A DNA stretch of 64,000 nucleotides from positions 347,856 to 411,855 of the forward strand of contig CBFHOE010000002.1 in the NCBI GenBank assembly GCA_965657355.1, given 5' to 3'. The translations under genes were made by a program, and so were the position numbers. The DNA is from Limisphaerales bacterium. Its GTDB lineage: Bacteria; Verrucomicrobiota; Verrucomicrobiia; Limisphaerales; JAJOIW01. How positions within the stretch are numbered: position 1 is the first letter of the stretch; each line of letters opens with the position of its first letter. The notes below the pieces were generated by a model that was given only the letters and a program-made list of their open reading frames with translations, was not told the origin of the DNA and did not search any database. Of the stretch, positions 19,391 to 28,265 are shown piece after piece.

Positions 19391-20641
19391 ATGGCTAAAA
19401 AGTTAAACTGGAATCAGTGGAATCCTTGGTTAGATCAAACAGGCAAGTCCACTGGTCAAAAATTGAATAATTTAGAGGATGTCCCGTGCGACAGGACAGG
19501 GGCCTTGGAAAAGGGCCAGTTAGTTAAAGGAGTTGTATCAGATGTCGCCTTTGGGGGCGATGGTGTTATGCGTTGTGAAAACCAAGTCGTTTTCGTTCCA
19601 CATGTTATCACGGGTGAAACAGTCGAGGCTAAGATTGTAGAAACTAAAAAATCGTATGCAAAAGCCCAACTAGTGAAAGTTATTGATCCTAGTCCTGAAA
19701 GAATAGATCCGAAATGCCCGATTTACGGAGAATGTGGGGGATGCCAATACCAACATATTTCTTATCCAAACCAACTAATAATCAAGGAAAAGCAGGTAAG
19801 AGATATTTTTGAAAGAATTGGTAAATTGGATGGATCAAAGGTACGAGACGTCCTTCCTTGTCCTCAACCATTCAATTACCGCAACCGGATAATGGTCCGA
19901 ACTCAGTGGAATAAAGCCATGAAGAAAATGGTCGTGGGGTTTCTTCGTTACCATAGTAGACTGGTCGTACCAGTAGAAGAATGCCACATCGCAGAATATG
20001 ACTTGAACAAACAACTTGAAAATGTAAAAAAAGACCATTCGAGAAAGAATGGCGTTAAATATGTCCTGAGAAAATTTCCAGAAAACTGGATACTTCCTAA
20101 TGACTCATTTTTTCAAAATAACTTCTTCCTACTACCCGGAATGGTAGAGGAAGTAAAATCCTGCCTGAAAGACTTTGGTGGAGAGTATCTTGTGGATACA
20201 TACTGTGGTGTTGGTTTTTTTGCTCTTGAATTGGCATCAGAGGTGAAAGAATTCAAAGGAGTCGAAATCGACAGAATGGCAATTAAAGCTGCCAATCAAA
20301 ATGCCAAAGATAAAAATATTACTAATGGATCTTTTGTGGAGGGACCTACTGAGAAGATTTTACCAGAGCTAATGAAAGCTTATCCCCCAGAGCAGACGAC
20401 AGTCGTATTAGATCCCCCTCGCAGAGGAATTGATCCATCTGCCATCGAATTTCTTAAGTCCATTGGCCCGGGACAAATACTCTATATCTCATGTCACCCA
20501 GCTACCCAAGCTCGTGATCTGGCAACATTCTGCTCAGATGGAACATATTCTGTTAGGTTGGTTAAGCCGATGGATATGTTTCCTCAAACACAACACATAG
20601 AATGTGTAGCGGATATTAGATTAAACAAACAGGATACCTGA
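19391..20641 (+). CDS. rlmD: 23S rRNA (uracil-5)-methyltransferase, RumA/RlmD family
   Basis: TRAM domain, Fe-S motif CPIYGECGGCQYQH, SAM motif VDTYCGVGFF, DPPRRG and catalytic ISCHPAT. Confidence 0.82.
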   Translation: MAKKLNWNQWNPWLDQTGKSTGQKLNNLEDVPCDRTGALEKGQLVKGVVSDVAFGGDGVMRCENQVVFVPHVITGETVEAKIVETKKSYAKAQLVKVIDPSPERIDPKCPIYGECGGCQYQHISYPNQLIIKEKQVRDIFERIGKLDGSKVRDVLPCPQPFNYRNRIMVRTQWNKAMKKMVVGFLRYHSRLVVPVEECHIAEYDLNKQLENVKKDHSRKNGVKYVLRKFPENWILPNDSFFQNNFFLLPGMVEEVKSCLKDFGGEYLVDTYCGVGFFALELASEVKEFKGVEIDRMAIKAANQNAKDKNITNGSFVEGPTEKILPELMKAYPPEQTTVVLDPPRRGIDPSAIEFLKSIGPGQILYISCHPATQARDLATFCSDGTYSVRLVKPMDMFPQTQHIECVADIRLNKQDT

Positions 20642-20645
20642 ATGA

Positions 20646-23231
20646 ATGGAATACAAATTTAATGAAATAGTTCGACAGGCAACGCCAGGTGATAATGTGG
20701 TGATTGCTTTATGTGATCTAAAACCAGGAGACGTAATAAAACATCAAAATGGAAAATCCATTACCATTAAATATTTCGTTCTCGAAGGACATCGCATTGC
20801 TTTCTCAGAAATAAAAACCGGCGAGAAGCTTCTCTCGTGGGGCTTGCCATTTGGTCTGGCTATTCATGATATTCTTCCTGGTGAGGCCCTTTTCAATGAT
20901 TCGGTATTGAGAGACCTCAAAAAAAGAAAACTCAATATATTCACTCCCAATAACCCAAATTTTAAAGACTGGTCACAAAAATTTATACTGGATCACTCAA
21001 ATATTGCTTACTCTGAACAAGTAAGAATAACCTATTGTGATCGCACTTTCCAAGGGTTTGAAAGACCTAATGGAAGAGGCTCTGGTATCAGAAACCATGT
21101 GGTTGTCCTCGGAACGTCATCTAGGGTAACGCCTTTTATAAAACTTTTATCAAAATCTCTCCCAAATGAATTCACCTGCCACACTAAATCATTCGATGGG
21201 GTGGTCACTGTTTACCACTCTGAAGGAGGCGGATTTAAAAAAGAAAACAACCATGAATTAGTTCTTCGCACTCTATCAGGCTGGATTGTTCATTCAAATA
21301 TTTCTTCTATCCTATTAATCGACCACGGCGATGAGGCCGTAAACAACAAGGAGGTTTTTGATTATTTAAAGATAAAACAATACCCTATTAAAGGATCGCT
21401 GATAAAAACTTTAAGTATTTCCAAAAGGCAAATTAGTAGCTGTTTGAATGAGGCGAGAAATTCCATCGGGCTGATGGTAGACAATGCACGGAAAGAGCAA
21501 AGAACGTCATGTCCACTATCGGATATAAAAATTGCTCTTCAATGCGGCGGTTCAGATGCTTTTTCTGGCATGTCGGGGAACCCATTGGCCGGAATCATTG
21601 CAAAAGAAGCAATCCAACATGGAGGTTCTGCTAATTTAGCTGAAACATCAGAACTTATAGGAGCTGAGTCGTATGTCCTACAAAAAGTAAAAAACCTTGA
21701 TGTTGCAAAACGTTTTTTAAACACCATAGATAGATTCCAATCAATGGCACAATGGCATGGCCATTCAGCAGAAGGCAACCCAAGCGGAGGAAATTTATTT
21801 AGAGGCCTTTACAATATTTCAGTTAAAAGCATCGGCGCAGCAAATAAAAAACATCCCGACCTCAGATTGGACGATGTTATTGATTACGGTCAACGTATGA
21901 CTGAGAGTGGTTTTTACTTCATGGATAGCGCCGGAAATGACCTGGAAAGTATTGCTGGACAAGTTGCTTCAGGATGCAACCTTGTTCTCTTCATTACAGG
22001 CAATGGTTCTATAACCAATTTCCCATTTGTTCCTACCTTAAAAATAGTGACAACCACTAAAAGGTATAAGCAGCTCGAATTGGATATGGATATCAATGCG
22101 GGTGAATATTTAGATGGCACGACATTATCAGCACTTAAAGGTAAATACTTTAATCTAGCACTAGAAACATGTGAAGGCAGGAGGACAGTTGGCGAGAAAG
22201 CAGGACATTCTCAAGCACAAATCTGGCGTAATTGGCACATGGGTTCGGAGAGGCAACTAACTTCAGCCCTTCAATCACCATCACCTTCTGGAGTTCCATT
22301 AAAACTTACATGGACAAGTGAATTGATCTCTCAAAAACCACAAAAAATAAAAATCACGGAATCGTTATCCAAAACTTTTCAAAAGTCGATTATTATCCCA
22401 ACAAGTTTGTGCTCGAGTGAGGTTGCTTCTAGAATTGCGAAGGAATTAAACGATGAATCGCAAAAAGAAAACATAGTGGCCTTGTCACATACAGAAGGAT
22501 GTGGTGTTTCTAGAGGGCCATCTGAAGAGCTTTTCATCCGAACGATGGTCGGATATGCCCTTCACCCATCGGTCAAATCCGTTCTTTTTTTAGAACATGG
22601 TTGTGAAAAGACACATCATGCGGAATTCCAGAATTTCTTACTTTCGATGAATGAGTGTCCAGACAATTATGCGTGGGAAAGCATCCAGGCTGGAGGCGGA
22701 TTAGAGAAAGCGAAAGCCAGTATCAGAAGTTGGAAAGCCAGCATTAAAAATTCTGATATTCATAATATTAATCATCCGGCTTTAGGTGTATTTACGACCT
22801 CCGGAAAACAAAGCGAAGGATGGATGATCCGCTTACTGCAGTTAGTTCAATTAGTCACGAATGATTTGAAAGGGAGTGTGATTATATCAGAAAAAGATCC
22901 ATTTATTGATTTCATTAAAACAAACAAAATCCTCAGTAATAATTCCCAGACTAGCTTGAGCTATGGCGAGAGCCTGAAAATGAGGTTCGGATTTCATATA
23001 ATGGAATCTCAATCAACAGATCCTGTGGAAATTCTAACAGGGTTGGGTGCTTGCGGTGCCACCCATTTTTTTATGGATCCAGATAGTCTTGAAAATAATT
23101 TCCAGTATCCACCACTTTCCATACCCGTTAAATGGGATCGAGCGACACAAGATTTTATTGAACAATTTAATGAAAGTCATTTCCAACGCTCTTTTCAAAT
23201 TACGCGCGGACACCAAGGGTTTTCGCTGTAG
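20646..23231 (+). CDS. UxaA/GarD-family (altronate dehydratase-like) protein, enlarged to 861 aa
   Basis: N-terminal SAF-like region, GIRNHVVVLGT, and C-domain blocks LQCGGSDAFSGMSGNPLAG, FYFMDSAGND and CNLVLFITGNGS. A second partial unit follows, with PTSLCS, HTEGCG and LEHGCE. Confidence 0.8.
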   Translation: MEYKFNEIVRQATPGDNVVIALCDLKPGDVIKHQNGKSITIKYFVLEGHRIAFSEIKTGEKLLSWGLPFGLAIHDILPGEALFNDSVLRDLKKRKLNIFTPNNPNFKDWSQKFILDHSNIAYSEQVRITYCDRTFQGFERPNGRGSGIRNHVVVLGTSSRVTPFIKLLSKSLPNEFTCHTKSFDGVVTVYHSEGGGFKKENNHELVLRTLSGWIVHSNISSILLIDHGDEAVNNKEVFDYLKIKQYPIKGSLIKTLSISKRQISSCLNEARNSIGLMVDNARKEQRTSCPLSDIKIALQCGGSDAFSGMSGNPLAGIIAKEAIQHGGSANLAETSELIGAESYVLQKVKNLDVAKRFLNTIDRFQSMAQWHGHSAEGNPSGGNLFRGLYNISVKSIGAANKKHPDLRLDDVIDYGQRMTESGFYFMDSAGNDLESIAGQVASGCNLVLFITGNGSITNFPFVPTLKIVTTTKRYKQLELDMDINAGEYLDGTTLSALKGKYFNLALETCEGRRTVGEKAGHSQAQIWRNWHMGSERQLTSALQSPSPSGVPLKLTWTSELISQKPQKIKITESLSKTFQKSIIIPTSLCSSEVASRIAKELNDESQKENIVALSHTEGCGVSRGPSEELFIRTMVGYALHPSVKSVLFLEHGCEKTHHAEFQNFLLSMNECPDNYAWESIQAGGGLEKAKASIRSWKASIKNSDIHNINHPALGVFTTSGKQSEGWMIRLLQLVQLVTNDLKGSVIISEKDPFIDFIKTNKILSNNSQTSLSYGESLKMRFGFHIMESQSTDPVEILTGLGACGATHFFMDPDSLENNFQYPPLSIPVKWDRATQDFIEQFNESHFQRSFQITRGHQGFSL

Positions 23232-23425
23232 AATCATGCTCTTCAATGGCAAATTCACGCGAAGCAACCATGCTGTTTACTCATTCAATTAATACGATGA
23301 AGTTTATGATATTTAACCCCTTCACGAGATCGCTAACCAACAATTTTATAACTCGGCCTACATTAATTCATATCAAAACAAATTGTCACTCTGGAGACCG
23401 TAAATTAGTCATTACTTATAATCGG

Positions 23426-26400
23426 CTAATTCCATTCAAAATGAGAAATTAGCCAATTAATATCATTCATTGTCATTTCGTTATTCACAATCTGGTTTTC
23501 ATACCTTTTCACCAAATCTATCCTTGCATTTTCCTTGGAGTAAGATGGTACCTGAGAACAATAATTATTTTTGATAAAAAATTCTTCAAGATCATGAGTT
23601 TTTGCCTCTCGCCATCCAGCAACCTCTTTATCTCTTAAACACCTAATCACAGATTCTCCGTCCCCGTTGCATCTGCATACTAATTCAGATAATTGGTTTA
23701 TAAATTTATCACTCACCGCTCCGGATTCGAACAAAACATTTTTATCTACTGGTTTTCCTCGGCCAATTTTCCAAATGTTAATACAACTCTCAAGAATTTG
23801 GGATTTAAGAGTTATCCTTTCCAGCTTTTCAATTGAAATTATGACGGTTTCCTGGTTCTCACTATATGCCCTAAACTGACCTAAGTTTGATATCCCGACC
23901 GTTAAGAAACAATAAAGCATTTCTAGGTCATCGACTATATACCAAATATGCACGGTGCCACCATCATCCCATGGGTCGATACCCGGGACACCGATTCGGT
24001 CGGCATATGAGGAATGGTCAAGCCCTATCGGCTTTGGAATATTCAAAGGTTTTGATTCTTCACGCCTTGGCAAAACTCTTTGAAGGTTTTGCGAACGGAT
24101 GGATTCTAAATCAAATGTCTGAAAGTCTAAACCCGACTGGTCTAAGTATTGAATCCACTTTGCTACTTCATCATCCTGGGCGGTGAAATAAAAAATTTGG
24201 CGTCCACTTTTCGCTATCTCGATGACGCTTTTAATCATCTTAGTTGCTCTCAAGTCATCACTCGTCCCCAGAGCCTCATCGAGTATCAATGGCAATTGAA
24301 AATTCTCATCCTGCTCAAGAAAAGCTACCCTTACAGCCATCAATAGCTGTACCTTTTCACCAACAGATAAGTTTTGAATAGGACTTATCTCTTTATTGCT
24401 AGATCTTCGAGCGAAAAATTCGGGTTTATCACCTGAATCTGATATTTCTAAAGCCAGTGTGTGATTGGTAAACTCACCAATTAATTGGTTGGCACGCCTG
24501 AATACCTTAGGTCTTGAACGATCCACTGTGACTCGCTTCAACCACTGAATCATCTCATAACCGACGAAGGTTTTTAACCCCTTCTGGCATTCACTTTCAA
24601 TTTCCATCTTGATATCTTCAAGATTGTTCAGAGCATGTTCCAAATTGTAAGATTGCTCCATTCTTTCAATATCTTTCTCAATACCAACAATTTCTCTATG
24701 TAAATTTTCCCTCTCCTCGATAATTGATTCTAATTTTTGTATATTCTTTTCGATTTCTTCAATTTCTAATTCATCTGGATTTAATTCAAAACGGTTATAT
24801 CTCTTGATAGTTTGAAGACGATCGTGGGCTAATGTGTTTAATTTACTCAAGCGCTCTTTTACCTCTTTGAATTCTGATAACTGGTTCATCCACGACTCTA
24901 ACTTCCCTTCTTCACCGCCCCGAATGGATAGCCGGTCAAATAGCTTCTGCTTTTCTCCGATCACGCTACTTAAAGATTCATCAATACGGGATAATTCGCT
25001 TTGAGCAGATTCTTTTTTCTTTAAGGCATCATGAAATTGATCAAATTGAGTTTCCAGATTATTGATTTTTTCAAGCGACTCGTTAGCATCATCGCATGCA
25101 TGTTCGCCATACCTTTGGAAAATTTGATTAAGCTCGTTTTTTATTTTAGTGATTCTATTTTCAATTTCTTTATGGGAAACTTTTTTTCCGGATAACCGGG
25201 AATGGAATTTCTGCCTCCTTGATAATTTTTCAAGCAAATAAGGAAGCCATCTGGTATCGATTTCTATGCACAGGCCAGTTTCTTTTCTCACCGACAGCAG
25301 TATAGATTCGACCTCCTTCTCTTTTTGAGTGAGTTTTTCATTTTCTTTTTCAATCTGTTTCTTGAGTTTAGCAAACTCTTCAATTTGATGCTTCTTTTTC
25401 AGTAGTTCCAGGTGATTTTGAATTAAACTGACAATGGTCTCATGGTTCCATGATTCAGGATCTGAAAAACCTAGCGAAGAATAATAATTTTTGTGGATAG
25501 ATTTCTCACTTCTCGAATTCCGGTCTATCTGTCTGGATGTATTTCTCCATTCTATAAATACTAATAATATGGATATACAGAATGGAACCCACCAAAAGCT
25601 ATTTGAAATAATCCCGAGATATCCAGTGGTGCCCGATACTCCCGCTGCCAAGACTATACAAACCCATGATATTTTATTTGTTTTTTTATTTCCCGAATCA
25701 CCTGAGGTTCCATTGGAAGAAAGCCACCGGCTTAATGTCGCCAACGCTTCATCATGTGGTTTATTTAATTGGTCTTGTTGAAAGTCATTACTCTGTGCCT
25801 CGACCCACGCCTCTTTAAGTTGAATGGATTCTCTCAAGGCATTTCTCTCATCCACTTTGTCAGCTAATCGGTTTAGGCCTGGGATCGGAATACAATTTAA
25901 ATCATCTAACTGGGTTTCTGAAAAATAATCACCGAGAAGTTTTGAAGCATTATCTAGTTCACCCTTTATTTCTATTAAACCCCGCTCAGATTCTTTCAGT
26001 AACCCTTCATATTCTTTAAGACTTTGATTTAATCCCTTCAATTTAAACAAATCTCCTTTATCAAGGGAACCAGTGATTTCGGGGTATTTCTTTATGGTTT
26101 CGACTGCTAGATCGTATTTGGATTGTTCCTGAGCTTGTCTTTCTTCAAGTTTGTCTATTTTAGTTTGAAAGCTGTCTAATTGGTTTTTCTCGTTCCCATG
26201 GAGCAAAGATAACTGGTCTGGAAATTTTTCAAGTTCGTTTTGCGTAATGAGGATTTTGTTTTGGATCGCCTTTAATTCCAAGACCGCCCTCAAGTATTTG
26301 ACCTCTTCCGAATATTGTTGGGTGCTTTGGTATTTTCTTTTGAGTGAATTAAGATTTTGGGCTTTACGCCCTAAGTCATTTTGTTTTTCCCTGGCAGATC

Positions 26401-26917
26401 TTACGTCTGATCTCCTGGAATTATATTTCTTTTTTAATAAATTCTTTTGGCCAATAGGTTTATCAAAATTCAGTTTTTCAGCTGCTGAAGGCAAATCAAA
26501 TCCGCCTTGGCTTGCCGCCGAAATAACACGGGCAAACTCTAAATTCCTTGTTCCCTCTTGTAACAGATCATGCAAGGATAGATGATACTTCCCCTTTAAT
26601 TCTTTGGCACCTAACGAAGGGAGCGAATCTTCTTGACCATTTTTTAGATATTGAATGTTTCCAGGTTCCAATCGAGCTGACCAACCATCTTCAGCGATAC
26701 TCAACTGACCATCAATCGACCTTTTTTTATCACCACAGGACTGAGGCCACATTATTTCTTGCAAAGCCGAGGCCGTCGTACTTTTTCCTGAAGCATTAGG
26801 GCCAAAAATTATATTGATACCCTTTGAAAACCCATCGAGTGAGTATGCATCTTTGCCTTTAATGCCGTGGAGCTGATGGATGTGAATTGACTTAATATGT
26901 AAAGGAGTCCCGCTCAT
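23426..26917 (-). CDS. SMC/Rad50-like AAA ATPase (SbcC/YhaN-like) with central hydrophobic hairpin and C-terminal extension
   Basis: Walker A GPNASGKST, long K/E/L-rich coiled coils, hydrophobic stretch ISWVCIVLAAGVSGTTGYLGIISNSFWWVPFCISILLVFIEW, signature LSVGEKVQL and Walker B LPLILDEA. Confidence 0.85.
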   Translation of the reverse strand: MSGTPLHIKSIHIHQLHGIKGKDAYSLDGFSKGINIIFGPNASGKSTTASALQEIMWPQSCGDKKRSIDGQLSIAEDGWSARLEPGNIQYLKNGQEDSLPSLGAKELKGKYHLSLHDLLQEGTRNLEFARVISAASQGGFDLPSAAEKLNFDKPIGQKNLLKKKYNSRRSDVRSAREKQNDLGRKAQNLNSLKRKYQSTQQYSEEVKYLRAVLELKAIQNKILITQNELEKFPDQLSLLHGNEKNQLDSFQTKIDKLEERQAQEQSKYDLAVETIKKYPEITGSLDKGDLFKLKGLNQSLKEYEGLLKESERGLIEIKGELDNASKLLGDYFSETQLDDLNCIPIPGLNRLADKVDERNALRESIQLKEAWVEAQSNDFQQDQLNKPHDEALATLSRWLSSNGTSGDSGNKKTNKISWVCIVLAAGVSGTTGYLGIISNSFWWVPFCISILLVFIEWRNTSRQIDRNSRSEKSIHKNYYSSLGFSDPESWNHETIVSLIQNHLELLKKKHQIEEFAKLKKQIEKENEKLTQKEKEVESILLSVRKETGLCIEIDTRWLPYLLEKLSRRQKFHSRLSGKKVSHKEIENRITKIKNELNQIFQRYGEHACDDANESLEKINNLETQFDQFHDALKKKESAQSELSRIDESLSSVIGEKQKLFDRLSIRGGEEGKLESWMNQLSEFKEVKERLSKLNTLAHDRLQTIKRYNRFELNPDELEIEEIEKNIQKLESIIEERENLHREIVGIEKDIERMEQSYNLEHALNNLEDIKMEIESECQKGLKTFVGYEMIQWLKRVTVDRSRPKVFRRANQLIGEFTNHTLALEISDSGDKPEFFARRSSNKEISPIQNLSVGEKVQLLMAVRVAFLEQDENFQLPLILDEALGTSDDLRATKMIKSVIEIAKSGRQIFYFTAQDDEVAKWIQYLDQSGLDFQTFDLESIRSQNLQRVLPRREESKPLNIPKPIGLDHSSYADRIGVPGIDPWDDGGTVHIWYIVDDLEMLYCFLTVGISNLGQFRAYSENQETVIISIEKLERITLKSQILESCINIWKIGRGKPVDKNVLFESGAVSDKFINQLSELVCRCNGDGESVIRCLRDKEVAGWREAKTHDLEEFFIKNNYCSQVPSYSKENARIDLVKRYENQIVNNEMTMNDINWLISHFEWN

Positions 26918-28203
26918 ATACCCTGCTGCCTAATCAACTCTGAAATTAAAGCGACAGCGTTCTCTCTTACTATTTCAAGTATCCTGCCATCCTTGATGCT
27001 GTTGTGTTCGACATTACTAATACCCAATCTCTGTTCTACGCATGTGCTCTTCTGGTAGAGCATTTCTATGAGCTTACGCGTCGATGTTTCAATTTTATCC
27101 TCGTCTATTTGATTTATCACTCGCGCGAGTTCGCCAACCGCCGAATTGCTTTCGAGCAAACTTGCAAAATCTACAGAGGGTTGAGTTTTATTTTTTGCCG
27201 CTTCGATAAAAATATGAACATCTTCACATTGGTCCTCAAGATCAGGCAAACGTTCGATATTTTTTTGAATTCCATCATAAAGTGGGGTCTCCCCGGTAAT
27301 CGTAATTCTAAAGTTAATCTGCCTTAGATGCTCAACATTACTTTCCACTAAATATCGAGACCTTTTTGAAATGACCTGCATGAAATAGGAGTCAACAGAC
27401 TCAATGCTATCAATATTTTTTACATCGATCTCAAGCTGGTCGTATATAATTGTCGAAATAGGATAAAACTGAGGGAAGCTGAATCCACCTTTTGATATTT
27501 CTGTAATCCACACGCCATGATCTCCCGTTTCTCCAGGATCCAATGCCTGAGGTGAACCTGGGTATAATACCCATGGGTGGGACTCACTTTTGATCAATTG
27601 AGATTTATGAATATGGCCCAAATGCCAACCACTAACTACCGATGACTCAATCTGGGATTTATTTATTGGGGCGTAGGGAGACTTTGGATTACCCAAGTCT
27701 CCATGCACTATACCAAGAACAGGTATATCATGGCTCTCTAAAGTCTTATTTGGATAGGATTCCAGTGGGTCTCCGGCATAATATCTTTCGGGAAAAGACC
27801 ACCCATCCACATGAAGTAGTGGAACCTCATCGACGGCATGAGTATATCTCTCCCATTTCCCTCCTTTGCCGATGACCTTGAAGCAATCATCAGGCAACTC
27901 TCCTGCAAGCTTAGGCAATACGTCGAAATCATGATTTCCAGAAACTGCTATAGTTTTTATCCCAGCGTCAGCGAGTCGATTCAAGCCCATTTTCAGAGGT
28001 CCAATTGCCTCAAAAAATTTATTTTCCTGATCAGCCACGTCTCCCCCCAGGCAAACAAGAGTTACTTTTTGCTCAATCGCGAGATTGACAATTCTCAACC
28101 ATGCATCAGCGGCTCTGAATTGTCCTGAGCCCGCCTTGTCTCCTACCCGGGTAGAGGACCGACCGATATGTAGATCACTTGTTAGAAGAATACGATGGAT
28201 CAC
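26914..28203 (-). CDS. Mre11/SbcD-like metallophosphoesterase (YhaO-like DNA exonuclease), GTG start
   Basis: Calcineurin-like motifs SDLHIG, GGDVADQ, SGNHD, VHGD and GHIH. Its stop overlaps the downstream ATPase start (ATGA at 26914-26917). Confidence 0.85.
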   Translation of the reverse strand: MIHRILLTSDLHIGRSSTRVGDKAGSGQFRAADAWLRIVNLAIEQKVTLVCLGGDVADQENKFFEAIGPLKMGLNRLADAGIKTIAVSGNHDFDVLPKLAGELPDDCFKVIGKGGKWERYTHAVDEVPLLHVDGWSFPERYYAGDPLESYPNKTLESHDIPVLGIVHGDLGNPKSPYAPINKSQIESSVVSGWHLGHIHKSQLIKSESHPWVLYPGSPQALDPGETGDHGVWITEISKGGFSFPQFYPISTIIYDQLEIDVKNIDSIESVDSYFMQVISKRSRYLVESNVEHLRQINFRITITGETPLYDGIQKNIERLPDLEDQCEDVHIFIEAAKNKTQPSVDFASLLESNSAVGELARVINQIDEDKIETSTRKLIEMLYQKSTCVEQRLGISNVEHNSIKDGRILEIVRENAVALISELIRQQGI

Positions 28204-28265
28204 ACTAAGCTAATCAATTGATACAAAATACAAGTTTCGGAAATTACAAAGCAAAACGTGAATAC

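Noticed and set aside
23715-23740. GGATTCGAAC, the reverse complement of the tRNA T-loop GTTCGAATCC.
   Set aside because: The flanking bases cannot form a T-stem or acceptor stem, and it lies inside the well-supported ATPase coding frame.
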